Source of the DNA: a virus
DNA length: 64,000 nucleotides
Strand: one strand, 5' to 3'
Virus record (IMG/VR): IMGVR_UViG_3300042806_000299
Coordinates: 4,469 to 68,468 of that record
Position numbers and translations under genes: made by a program. Each line of letters opens with the position of its first letter. Positions within the stretch are counted from its first letter, which is position 1. Shown here piece by piece: positions 54,643-63,474 of this stretch. The notes below the pieces were generated by a model. It was not told where the DNA came from and ran no database searches. It saw only the letters and a list, made by a program, of their open reading frames with translations.

Positions 54643-57600
54643 ATGTCTTACGTAGGCTTACACGTACATACCCATTACTCGTTATTTGACGGGATTGCTA
54701 CTCCAGAAGAATATGTTGACCGTGCAGTTGAGTTAGGGATGCCAGCAATTGCCATCACTGACCACGGTACTTTATCTGGGCATAGGGAACTGCACCGTAT
54801 TGCAAAAGCAAAGGGTATTAAGCCTATACTTGGCGTAGAAGGCTATATGTGTAAAGATAGATTTGACACTAGAGATAAGTCTGAAAGAGACGGAGATCTA
54901 GATCTAGTCTATAACCATATAGTTCTTCTCGCCAAGAATCAAATTGGTTTAGAGAATTTAAATAAAATTAGTGAAATATCTTGGACAGAAGGATACTTTA
55001 AAAAGCCAAGATTTGACTTTGAAATACTTGAAAAGTATTCTGAAGGAATTATTGTAACATCTGCATGCCCAAGTAGTGTGCTAGTTAAAGCACTTGAGAA
55101 TAATGAATTTGCTGTAGCAAAAGATTATATTGCATGGTTTAAGCGTGTATTCAATGATGACTATTATGTTGAGGTAATGCCACATAACACTTCAGAAATA
55201 AACAAACAGTTAATTGCTCTAGCCGATGAGTATAACGTAAAAGTTGTTGTAACACCAGACTGTCATCACAGCCATACAGATCAAAAAGAAATTCAAGAAT
55301 TTAAATTACTTCTTAATACACATGTAAAAATTGACAAAGAGCATACATTTGAAAAGTCAAAAAAGCAACCAGACATGATGAAGCGCTTAGACTATCTTTA
55401 TGGCAAAGATCGACAAATTACATTTAACAAGTTTGATATCCATTTACTTTCATATGAAGAGATAAAATCTGCAATGGAGGCTCAGGGGATTGATCGTCCA
55501 GACATTTATTCAAACACTTTAGAGGTTGCAGAAAAAATTGGGGACTATGGAATCCAAGAAGGACTAGATTTGTTACCAGCACAATACAAGAATCCAGATA
55601 AAGAATTAGCAGAACTTGCCTTTGCTGCTTTAGAAGAAAAAAGATTAAACTCTAACTGGCTTGGTAATGACATCTACGAACAAAGGCTTGATGAAGAGTT
55701 GTTTATTATTAGAGATAAAAAGTTTGCACCATACTTTCTTGTTGTAAGCAATATGATTAACTGGGCTAAGAAAGAAGATATTATGGTTGGTCCAGGAAGA
55801 GGTTCTTCTGCTGGATCCCTTCTTTGTTATCTATTAGGAATTACTGAGATTGATCCGATTGAGCACGGACTTTTGTTCTTTCGTTTTATTAATCCAGATC
55901 GTAATGACTTCCCTGATATTGATACAGATATTCAGGACACTCGTCGTGAAGAAGTAAAAGACTATCTTGTTAGACAGTATCGACACGTTGCTTCTATTGC
56001 TACTTTTCTTGAGTTTACAGGAAAAGGAATTGTTAGAGATGTTTCAAGAGTACTTAATATTCCGTTGTCAGATGTTAATAAGGTTTTAAAGACAGTAGAC
56101 TCATGGGACGACTACTGTACCTCAAAGTCAACAATAGAGTTCCGTGAAAAATATCCAGAAGTAGAAATATACGGAGAGCAACTTCGTGGTCGTATTCGTG
56201 GTACAGGAATCCATGCAGCAGGTGTAGTAACAAGTAAAGAACCAATCTTTAGATATGCACCATTAGAAACAAGATCTTCTCCTGGATCGGATGAAAGAAT
56301 TCCTGTGGTTGGCGTTGATATGGAAGAAGCCGAAAGAATTGGTCTAATTAAAATTGATGCATTGGGTCTTAAAACTTTATCCGTTCTTAAGAATACAATT
56401 GATATAATTAAAGAACGAGATGGCAAAAAAATAGATCTTCTTAAGATTAAAATGGATGATGCAAATGTTTACCAGATGCTTTCAGATGGACATACAAAAG
56501 GAGTGTTTCAATGTGAAGCAGCACCATATACAAATCTTATTGTTAAGATGGGTGTAAAGAATCTAAATGAACTTGCAGCATCAAATGCTCTTGTTCGTCC
56601 AGGTGCAATGAATACTATTGGAAAAGACTATGTTGATCGTAAGCATGGTCGTCAAAACATATCTTACACACACCAAGTCCTAAAAGAATTTACGGAAGAC
56701 ACTTATGGCTGTATTCTTTACCAGGAACAAGTTATGCAAGCATGCGTACACCTTGGCGGTATGTCAATGTCAGAAGCAGATAAAGTTAGAAAAATTATTG
56801 GAAAGAAAAAAGATGCTAAAGAGTTTGATCAGTTTAAAGAAAAGTTTGTAGAGGGAGCATCTAAGTTTATTACTCCTAATGCTGCTCGTGATCTATGGCA
56901 TGACTTTGAGGCTCACGCAGGTTATTCATTTAACAAGTCTCACGCAGTAGCATATTCGACACTATCTTATTGGACTGCATGGCTAAAGTATTATTACCCA
57001 CTTGAGTTTATGTACTCAGTATTAAAAAATGAAAAGGACAAAGATGCAAGAACTGAATATCTTATTGAAGCAAAAAGAATGGGCATTAGCGTTAAGTTAC
57101 CTCACATTAACGATTCGGATATTGATTTTAAAATTGAGGGTAAAGGTATTAGGTTTGGACTCAGTGCTATCAAGTTCATATCTGACAAGATTGGCGAAAG
57201 ATACATATCTGCACGACCATTCAATTCGTACAAAGAACTTGAAGAATTTACATTTACTAAAGGAAACGGAGTAAACAGTCGTGCACTGCAAGCACTAAGA
57301 GTAACTGGTGCTGCAACCTTTAATGATAATCCTAGAAATGATCAGGAGATTAAAGAGAACCTGTATGAGTATTTAAATCTTCCAGAGTTTAATATTTCTA
57401 TACCTTCTCATTATTACGCATTTATTCAGGACATTGTTGACTTTGAAGAAAAGGGATCATACATTTTTATGGGTATGGTAAAATCAATTAAGCGAGGAAC
57501 AGGATGGTCACGAGTTGAAGTTTTGGACAAAACTGGCAGTGTCGGTATATTTGATGATGAAAATACGACTATTGAGACAGGTCGTTCTTATTTGGTCTTG

Positions 57601-57930
57601 TGTAATGATAATAGGATTGTGTCTTTCATACCTTCAGACGAGATAAAAGAATCATCTAATGCACTTGTAAAATTTTTAAGTTATAAGCAACTACCATATA
57701 CAGATGAAGAAATGTTTGTAGTCTCCTTTAAACCAAGAATTACAAAGACAGGAAAGAAGATGGCATCTCTTACGCTTGCTGATACAAGGAGAGACCTTCA
57801 CTCCATTACTGTATTTCCTACATCATTTGCAAAGGCATATATGAATATTGAAGAAGGAAAGTCATACAAGTTTGATTTTGGAAAAACAAAAGACGGAACA
57901 GTCACATTGGAGGATGTACATGTCGGTTAG
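54643..57930 (+). CDS. dnaE: DNA polymerase III alpha subunit (family C) with PHP domain
   Basis: LHVHTHYS..DG, AITDHG, GPGRGS.AGS, PDIDTD, GIHAAG, KID.LGL, GYSFNKSHA. Confidence 0.96.
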   Translation: MSYVGLHVHTHYSLFDGIATPEEYVDRAVELGMPAIAITDHGTLSGHRELHRIAKAKGIKPILGVEGYMCKDRFDTRDKSERDGDLDLVYNHIVLLAKNQIGLENLNKISEISWTEGYFKKPRFDFEILEKYSEGIIVTSACPSSVLVKALENNEFAVAKDYIAWFKRVFNDDYYVEVMPHNTSEINKQLIALADEYNVKVVVTPDCHHSHTDQKEIQEFKLLLNTHVKIDKEHTFEKSKKQPDMMKRLDYLYGKDRQITFNKFDIHLLSYEEIKSAMEAQGIDRPDIYSNTLEVAEKIGDYGIQEGLDLLPAQYKNPDKELAELAFAALEEKRLNSNWLGNDIYEQRLDEELFIIRDKKFAPYFLVVSNMINWAKKEDIMVGPGRGSSAGSLLCYLLGITEIDPIEHGLLFFRFINPDRNDFPDIDTDIQDTRREEVKDYLVRQYRHVASIATFLEFTGKGIVRDVSRVLNIPLSDVNKVLKTVDSWDDYCTSKSTIEFREKYPEVEIYGEQLRGRIRGTGIHAAGVVTSKEPIFRYAPLETRSSPGSDERIPVVGVDMEEAERIGLIKIDALGLKTLSVLKNTIDIIKERDGKKIDLLKIKMDDANVYQMLSDGHTKGVFQCEAAPYTNLIVKMGVKNLNELAASNALVRPGAMNTIGKDYVDRKHGRQNISYTHQVLKEFTEDTYGCILYQEQVMQACVHLGGMSMSEADKVRKIIGKKKDAKEFDQFKEKFVEGASKFITPNAARDLWHDFEAHAGYSFNKSHAVAYSTLSYWTAWLKYYYPLEFMYSVLKNEKDKDARTEYLIEAKRMGISVKLPHINDSDIDFKIEGKGIRFGLSAIKFISDKIGERYISARPFNSYKELEEFTFTKGNGVNSRALQALRVTGAATFNDNPRNDQEIKENLYEYLNLPEFNISIPSHYYAFIQDIVDFEEKGSYIFMGMVKSIKRGTGWSRVEVLDKTGSVGIFDDENTTIETGRSYLVLCNDNRIVSFIPSDEIKESSNALVKFLSYKQLPYTDEEMFVVSFKPRITKTGKKMASLTLADTRRDLHSITVFPTSFAKAYMNIEEGKSYKFDFGKTKDGTVTLEDVHVG

Positions 57931-58930
57931 TATAGAAGAAGCATTAGCACAACTTGATCCCAAGTTGAGAAAGAAATTAGGTAGCGGAGTAGGCGTTAAT
58001 TATGAATATCAACCTACACCTAGTTTTGGTTTAAACCGTGCCCTAGGAGGTGGTTTGCCTTACGGTAGACAAGTCCTTATATGGGGCTCAAAGTCCTCTG
58101 CAAAGTCTTCTATGTGCCTTCAAATGATTGCTTTAGCACAAGCAGAAGGAAAACTTTGTGCATGGATTGATTCAGAGATGTCATACTCAGAGGACTGGGC
58201 TAGAACTCTTGGTGTAGATCCAGAAAAACTAATCTACTCACAAGCCAGAACTATTAGTGACATGGTTGATGTAGGTGTTGGCTTAATGAATGCAGGAGTT
58301 GACTTAATTGTGGTAGACTCTATTACATCAATGCTTCCTGCAATCTATTTTGAAAAAGATACAGATGAAATGAAGCCTTTAGAAAATACTAAACAGATTG
58401 GAGCAGAGTCTCGTGACTTTAGCAATGCATGGAAAATGCTTAACTATGCTAATAATAAAGTTAAGCCTACTTTGCTTGTGCTTATTAGCCAGTCTCGTAA
58501 TAATATTAATGCTATGTATACTAGTCAGCAGCCTTCTGGTGGTCAGGCTACTAAGTTTTATTCCTCTTGCATTGTTAAACTATTTAGTTCGGAATCAGAC
58601 AATCAAGCAATTAAAGGCAAGATTCAAGTAGGGGATAAACTTATTGAAGAAAAGGTTGGAAGAACCATTCGTTGGGAGTTGCAGTTTTCTAAAACTTCTC
58701 CAGGATTCCAATCTGGTGAATATGATTTTTATTTTAGAGGTGACAACATTGGCCTTGATACAATCGGTGATTTAGTTACTACCGCAGAATTAAATGGTAT
58801 CGTTGAACGTACAGGTGCTTGGTACATACTTCCTGATGGTACAAAGGTTCAGGGTAAAGAAGCATTCGTCAATCGTGTAAGAGAAGATCTTGATTTACAA
58901 GAATCTATTAAGGCAAGATTAATTGTCTAA
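57920..58930 (+). CDS. recA: RecA/UvsX-like recombinase (start revised to ATG 57920)
   Basis: GGLPYGR, variant Walker A GSKSSAKS, WIDSE, IVVDS, ISQ.R, GG.A.KFYSS, GAWY; GGAGG SD. Confidence 0.9.
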   Translation: MSVSIEEALAQLDPKLRKKLGSGVGVNYEYQPTPSFGLNRALGGGLPYGRQVLIWGSKSSAKSSMCLQMIALAQAEGKLCAWIDSEMSYSEDWARTLGVDPEKLIYSQARTISDMVDVGVGLMNAGVDLIVVDSITSMLPAIYFEKDTDEMKPLENTKQIGAESRDFSNAWKMLNYANNKVKPTLLVLISQSRNNINAMYTSQQPSGGQATKFYSSCIVKLFSSESDNQAIKGKIQVGDKLIEEKVGRTIRWELQFSKTSPGFQSGEYDFYFRGDNIGLDTIGDLVTTAELNGIVERTGAWYILPDGTKVQGKEAFVNRVREDLDLQESIKARLIV

Positions 58931-59099
58931 TTACACAGTCTATCCAGGAAAGTGGCCATGCCATACATGCAAAGAAGTTGTTTTAACATTGAGATGTTAC
59001 GCTGAAACTAAAACTCTTACTTGGATGTGCAAAGAAAAACATTTAACAACGGTTTATCTTGGAAAAAGAAAGAAGAAGGACTTTGACGGAGAAGAGTGA
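58923..59099 (+). CDS. 58-aa zinc-ribbon protein (TTG start) MSNYTVYPGKWPCHTC...WMCKEKH...
   Basis: Read by hand; CxxC...CxxxH; overlaps both neighbours. Confidence 0.65.
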   Translation: MSNYTVYPGKWPCHTCKEVVLTLRCYAETKTLTWMCKEKHLTTVYLGKRKKKDFDGEE

Positions 59100-59370
59100 A
59101 AGTAAAAGAATAGGTGCTAAACAGCACAAGAACTCAGGGCGTGGGACACACAAGGGTGATGCATCTTGGGAAAATTTTACTGTAGACTTTAAAGAAGTTG
59201 GAAAGTCTTTTACTTTAAACAAAGAAGTATGGGCTAAGGCAACAACCGATGCTATAAAAAATGGCAACGATCCAGCAATTGTTGTAGTAATGGGCGAGGG
59301 TAACTCTAAAGTTAGACTTGCTGTAATTGAAATGAGCATTTTAGAGCAAATTATAGAGGATGGTGTATAA
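59083..59370 (+). CDS. PD-(D/E)XK Holliday junction resolvase-like nuclease (TTG start 59083)
   Basis: NSGRG..KGD...VDFKE; AAGGA SD. Confidence 0.7.
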   Translation: MTEKSESKRIGAKQHKNSGRGTHKGDASWENFTVDFKEVGKSFTLNKEVWAKATTDAIKNGNDPAIVVVMGEGNSKVRLAVIEMSILEQIIEDGV

Positions 59371-59371
59371 T
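59366..59371 (+). promoter_or_regulatory. -10 TATAAT overlapping the upstream stop; leaderless start at 59378
   Basis: GGT GTA TAA T; 6-nt spacer. Confidence 0.55.
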
Positions 59372-59377
59372 AGAAAT

Positions 59378-60061
59378 ATGAATACAGGATACGAACCAAA
59401 AAATAAAATAGTTCCACAAATTATAAAAGGCTTTTTTACTAATGAAGAGGTAGAGGTTTTACTTGCAATAGTAAAGTATCAAAAAAAGGCTAAAGATTTA
59501 GATGAGTTTTATGCTCCACTAGTTTTGCCAACTCTGGCACGAATGCAAATAGAAGTAATGTACCCAGATCATATACGAAGAAAACTTGAAGACTTTGCTT
59601 CAAAAATGGTTGGCGAAGAAGTATTTATGTACCACAATAGTTATTTAAGTTATAACAAAAAACATAATATGAATGCAAATCCACAATTACCAGTTCATTA
59701 TGATTCAGATAATTATTTTTCTAAACTGACAATGGACTATCAATTGTATACAAACATTGACTGGCCAATAGTAATTGAAGATGAAAGTTTTAGTCTTGAA
59801 TATGGAGATCTTCTTGTTTTTTGGGGTGCAGGTCAAGCACACTGGAGAGAACCAGTACTCTTTAAAGAAGGAGACAACACAGAAGTTTTAACTATGCATT
59901 TTTCAACAAAAAAAGATTTTGAAGATTTAAATCTTGTTTCTAGATCGCCAGAATTAAGAAAAGAAAGAATTAAAAAATGGAACTCAGATCCAGTATTTGT
60001 AAAGTATAAAGAAAATTTTGCCAAAAAAGAAGAGTCTTTGAAAAAAAATATAATAGAATAG
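59378..60061 (+). CDS. 2OG-Fe(II) oxygenase, paralog of 5538..6128 (start revised to ATG 59378)
   Basis: LPVHYD (HxD), GQAHWRE. Confidence 0.75.
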   Translation: MNTGYEPKNKIVPQIIKGFFTNEEVEVLLAIVKYQKKAKDLDEFYAPLVLPTLARMQIEVMYPDHIRRKLEDFASKMVGEEVFMYHNSYLSYNKKHNMNANPQLPVHYDSDNYFSKLTMDYQLYTNIDWPIVIEDESFSLEYGDLLVFWGAGQAHWREPVLFKEGDNTEVLTMHFSTKKDFEDLNLVSRSPELRKERIKKWNSDPVFVKYKENFAKKEESLKKNIIE

Positions 60062-60111
60062 TCATAAAATACTTTACAATAATTTAAACAACTACTAGAT
60101 CGGATAAAAAA

Positions 60112-60417
60112 TTGCAAAACGAAAGCACAACAATTGATATGATAAATGGACTTGCAGAAATTGCAGACTATATGCAGGATGAGGAACTAACTGCAGCGCT
60201 TACATTTATTGCTAAAGTTATTATTAAGCCAGATATTCCTTTAAATGTAGCACATGTTGAAATTGTAAGACTTCAAGCAATCGCAGCAAAGATGGCTTTT
60301 AAAGCAACCTGGATGGCAAATGTAGACAAGTCAGATCGTGGGAAAAAGAACCTTTATTACACTGCAGCAGAATCACTAAACAATTTAGTGTCTGCACTAA
60401 AATATATTACACGCTAA
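60112..60417 (+). CDS. helical hypothetical protein
   Basis: ORF track. Confidence 0.55.
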   Translation: MQNESTTIDMINGLAEIADYMQDEELTAALTFIAKVIIKPDIPLNVAHVEIVRLQAIAAKMAFKATWMANVDKSDRGKKNLYYTAAESLNNLVSALKYITR

Positions 60418-60419
60418 TC

Positions 60420-60428
60420 TGCTATACT
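60420..60428 (+). promoter_or_regulatory. extended -10 (TGcTATACT) for 60454
   Basis: Seen directly. Confidence 0.5.
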
Positions 60429-60453
60429 TATACTAATAGAAACGAGTAAAAAA

Positions 60454-61248
60454 ATGACAAAAAGTTTATTACAGCAGATTATGGTTAAAAAAGAAGTTCC
60501 TCCAGTACATTCAATAGATGTGGCTGGGCTAACTGAGATGATAAAAAATGGCTATACAATTAACAGAATTGACAAACATACGCAAAAGAAAACTTTTGCT
60601 CCATCTACAATTGCCTACGGTCATGGAGAATGTCCAAGATACTGGTACCTGGCTTTTGATGGTCAGACATTTGAGGACAATGCAGATGCCTATGGCGCTG
60701 CCAATATGACAGCAGGAACTAAATCGCATGAAAGAATTCAATCTGCTATGGGAAATGTTCCAGATTTTTTAATTGATTCAGAATTTACTATTACACACTC
60801 TGATCCACCAATTTTTGGCTATGGAGACGTTATGCTTAACTGGCAGGGAGAGCCACTGCTTGGTGAAATTAAAACAGTGATGAACGAAGGTTTTGAATAC
60901 CGTAAGGCACACATGAAGCCAAAGACTGGTCACCTTATTCAATTGTTAATCTATATGAAAATTTTAAAAAAGGCAAAGGCTGTGTTAATTTATGAAAATA
61001 AAAATAATCATGAGTTATTAATTTTGCCAGTAGAAGTAAATGATCACTATCGCAGGTGGGTAGACCAAGCGTTTGATTGGATGAGGACAGTTAGAAAGGC
61101 TTGGGTAGATAGGACTCTACCTAAAAAAAATTATAGATCAAATTCTAAGATCTGTAAAAACTGTCCAATTCAAAAAGCGTGTGCGTCAGCAGAGGTAGGG
61201 GATATTAAGATTAATTCCTTGGAGCCTTTGAATGACGAAGCATTGTAG
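60454..61248 (+). CDS. Cas4/RecB-like PD-(D/E)XK exonuclease with an Fe-S Cys cluster
   Basis: CPRYWY, G..SHE, GYGD...EIKT, QLLIY, C..CP....C. Confidence 0.85.
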   Translation: MTKSLLQQIMVKKEVPPVHSIDVAGLTEMIKNGYTINRIDKHTQKKTFAPSTIAYGHGECPRYWYLAFDGQTFEDNADAYGAANMTAGTKSHERIQSAMGNVPDFLIDSEFTITHSDPPIFGYGDVMLNWQGEPLLGEIKTVMNEGFEYRKAHMKPKTGHLIQLLIYMKILKKAKAVLIYENKNNHELLILPVEVNDHYRRWVDQAFDWMRTVRKAWVDRTLPKKNYRSNSKICKNCPIQKACASAEVGDIKINSLEPLNDEAL

Positions 61249-61519
61249 TTGGTGTGACACTGAGTTTAACTCAGATATAAGTTATCAAATATATTGCTCT
61301 CCAACCTGTAGAGAAGATGCTACAAAACAAAAGATTGCAGAAAGATATATTGCCACTCGTCGACAAAAAAGAAAGGGTAAGGAAAGATCTTGCAAACAAT
61401 GCGGATCTCAGTTATCTATGTATAATGATGAAAATCTTTGTGTTTTATGTAATGTAAATCCAAACAGTGTTCAAAAAGCACTAAAAGAGATAAAAGGAAA
61501 AGGCAATGGTAAAAAATAA
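61232..61519 (+). CDS. Cys-rich zinc-finger protein
   Basis: CSWC...YCSPTC...CKQC...CVLC. Confidence 0.65.
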   Translation: MTKHCSWCDTEFNSDISYQIYCSPTCREDATKQKIAERYIATRRQKRKGKERSCKQCGSQLSMYNDENLCVLCNVNPNSVQKALKEIKGKGNGKK

Positions 61520-62093
61520 GTGGGGTTTAGAAATTATTCCAAAGACCATTTGTTCTATAGATGCTAGTACTAATAGTCTTGCTTTTGCTTTGTTTAACAC
61601 TCAAGAAAAAATATTGAGCACTGTTGGAAAGATAAACTTTTCTGGAAATGACACATATCAAAAGGTTATGGATGCTGGTCAAAAAGTAAAGGCATTTTTT
61701 GATTACTATGGTGGGTTTGAAGCAATAGTAATTGAGCATACTGTATTTATGAATAGTCCTAAAACTGCTGCAGACCTTGCATTAGTTCAAGGTGCTATTC
61801 TTGGAGCAGCAGGGCAATCTGGAACAAAGACAATTGGAAAGGTTGCACCAATTACATGGCAAAACTTTATTGGAAACAAAAAGATTTCTAAAGATGAAAA
61901 ATTATTTATTCGATCACAAAATCCAGGAAAATCAGATTCTTGGCTTAAATCATATGAAAGAGAATTAAGAAAGCAAAGAACTATTAAATTTATTAATGTT
62001 CAATATGATAAGGTTATTACGGATAATGATGTAGCAGATGCTTGTGGAATCGGCCACTGGGCAATGCATAACTGGGAGAAGGCGTTTTTATAA
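61506..62093 (+). CDS. ruvC: RuvC-like Holliday junction resolvase
   Basis: SIDAS, IVIE, terminal D..DA..I catalytic acidic residues. Confidence 0.8.
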   Translation: MVKNKWGLEIIPKTICSIDASTNSLAFALFNTQEKILSTVGKINFSGNDTYQKVMDAGQKVKAFFDYYGGFEAIVIEHTVFMNSPKTAADLALVQGAILGAAGQSGTKTIGKVAPITWQNFIGNKKISKDEKLFIRSQNPGKSDSWLKSYERELRKQRTIKFINVQYDKVITDNDVADACGIGHWAMHNWEKAFL

Positions 62094-62094
62094 A

Positions 62095-62319
62095 ATGGAC
62101 ATTAGAACAGAAGCAATGATAGAGCATCTAGTTTTACAAAATGCTTTAGAGATATCAAGTATTGACAGTAATACTGGAGAAATGTTATATTCTATTACAG
62201 ACAAACTAAAAGAAGTTAACCCTAAACTGTATGAGCAACTAAGAAAACAATTTGAACAGCAGATGTTTGAATTAATTGATCAAGGTCCCAAGACAATGAA
62301 TTGGAAAATAAATATATAA
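62095..62319 (+). CDS. small hypothetical protein (start revised to ATG 62095)
   Basis: Directly after the ruvC stop. Confidence 0.5.
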   Translation: MDIRTEAMIEHLVLQNALEISSIDSNTGEMLYSITDKLKEVNPKLYEQLRKQFEQQMFELIDQGPKTMNWKINI

Positions 62320-62963
62320 TGCCAGAGTTAAATGCAAACATACCACCTATAAACTGTTATGTAAGAGGAAATTATTTAAGAAATCATCAAGACAGCCATG
62401 ATAAATATTTCGAGTGTGTTATTTTTGGTGTTTCAAGTTTAAAGTCTAGAAGTCCACTGTTTCATATTATGATGCCAGATGGTGGATTGTGGTGGAGACT
62501 TCCAATTTCTGCCTTCTGTACAGAGCCAGGAGTTCCTGAAGTTGACCTACACAATCTAGTGTTATGGAATTCTTTTAGTCACCACGTTGCCGTAACAAGA
62601 TTTGAAAATTTAACAAACCTTAGAATGTCTTATATAGATAGAACAAAAACAATGCAGAAAGGAACATACTTATTTACATTGGATTGGCATAACCCAGACA
62701 CAAATGTTTTAGACGATGGGTACTCTGAAAGCCCTGCAGATCACAAATGTGGTCATGTTATACAAAGAGATGATGGAAATTTTGCCATACAGCCAAACAA
62801 TAGAGTTCGTGTATATGAGCCATCATTTACTCTTGAAAAAGACTATTTAATTGATAGGATAATTAATGAAAGAAAATACGATGTTGAAAATCAAGATAAG
62901 TGGATACTAGAAAACTCTAATAGATTTAATTATGATATTAATGAAAAAGAGGTTGACAAATAA
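62319..62963 (+). CDS. conserved phage hypothetical protein (start revised to ATG 62319)
   Basis: TAATG coupling; LNANIPP...G..WWRLPISAF. Confidence 0.6.
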   Translation: MPELNANIPPINCYVRGNYLRNHQDSHDKYFECVIFGVSSLKSRSPLFHIMMPDGGLWWRLPISAFCTEPGVPEVDLHNLVLWNSFSHHVAVTRFENLTNLRMSYIDRTKTMQKGTYLFTLDWHNPDTNVLDDGYSESPADHKCGHVIQRDDGNFAIQPNNRVRVYEPSFTLEKDYLIDRIINERKYDVENQDKWILENSNRFNYDINEKEVDK

Positions 62964-62981
62964 AGCCATGGCTGCTAAACT
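62953..62981 (+). promoter_or_regulatory. consensus promoter TTGACA-17-TAAACT with TG extension, spanning a gene junction
   Basis: -35 encoded by V-D-K-stop codons; -10 encoded by M-A-A-K-L codons of the next gene. Confidence 0.6.
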
Positions 62982-63123
62982 ATATACAAGTGAGTCTTGG
63001 CTTCGTAAACGTTACGTTTTAGATAAAAAGACTCCAGAAGACATTGCTAAAGAGTGTGGATGTACAGTGGAAACTATATATGTATACCTTGCAAAATTTA
63101 AATTAAGGAAATCTAGACGATGA
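62968..63123 (+). CDS. small HTH protein
   Basis: TPEDIAKECGCTVETIYVYL helix-turn-helix. Confidence 0.7.
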   Translation: MAAKLYTSESWLRKRYVLDKKTPEDIAKECGCTVETIYVYLAKFKLRKSRR

Positions 63124-63239
63124 ATAAAAATAAAATTATTTTAGCCTTAGCAATTGTAGGGGCAGTTGGAATTACCTATGCACTATCTACATTAAAAGAC
63201 TTACCAGACGTATTTGATTGGGAGAATAATGATGAGTGA
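63120..63239 (+). CDS. 39-aa single-TM peptide MNKNKIILALAIVGAVGITYALSTLKDLPDVFDWENNDE
   Basis: Read by hand; ATGA overlap. Confidence 0.6.
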   Translation: MNKNKIILALAIVGAVGITYALSTLKDLPDVFDWENNDE

Positions 63240-63474
63240 GAATCTTAACATAACTGTTGATCAAGTTAATAACCCATTACACTATACTTCAGATCCTTCT
63301 GGTATTGAATGTATAGAAATAACTCGCCATCGTAATTTTAATATTGGGAATGCTTTTAAATACCTTTGGAGAGCAGGACTTAAAGATGAATCAAAAACAA
63401 TACAAGACCTTGAAAAAGCAATATTTTACATTAAAGATGAAATTAATAGGCTAGAAGGCAAGCATGTCAACTGA
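63232..63474 (+). CDS. DUF3310 family protein
   Basis: VN.P.HY...IECI...F..GN..KY.WR...K...DL.KA..Y. Confidence 0.85.
   Translation: MSENLNITVDQVNNPLHYTSDPSGIECIEITRHRNFNIGNAFKYLWRAGLKDESKTIQDLEKAIFYIKDEINRLEGKHVN

Noticed and set aside
18151-58930. Inteins or introns in nrdJ, dnaB, dnaE or recA
   Set aside because: Proteins are of normal length with contiguous motifs; no C/S...HN-[CST] insert or homing endonuclease seen
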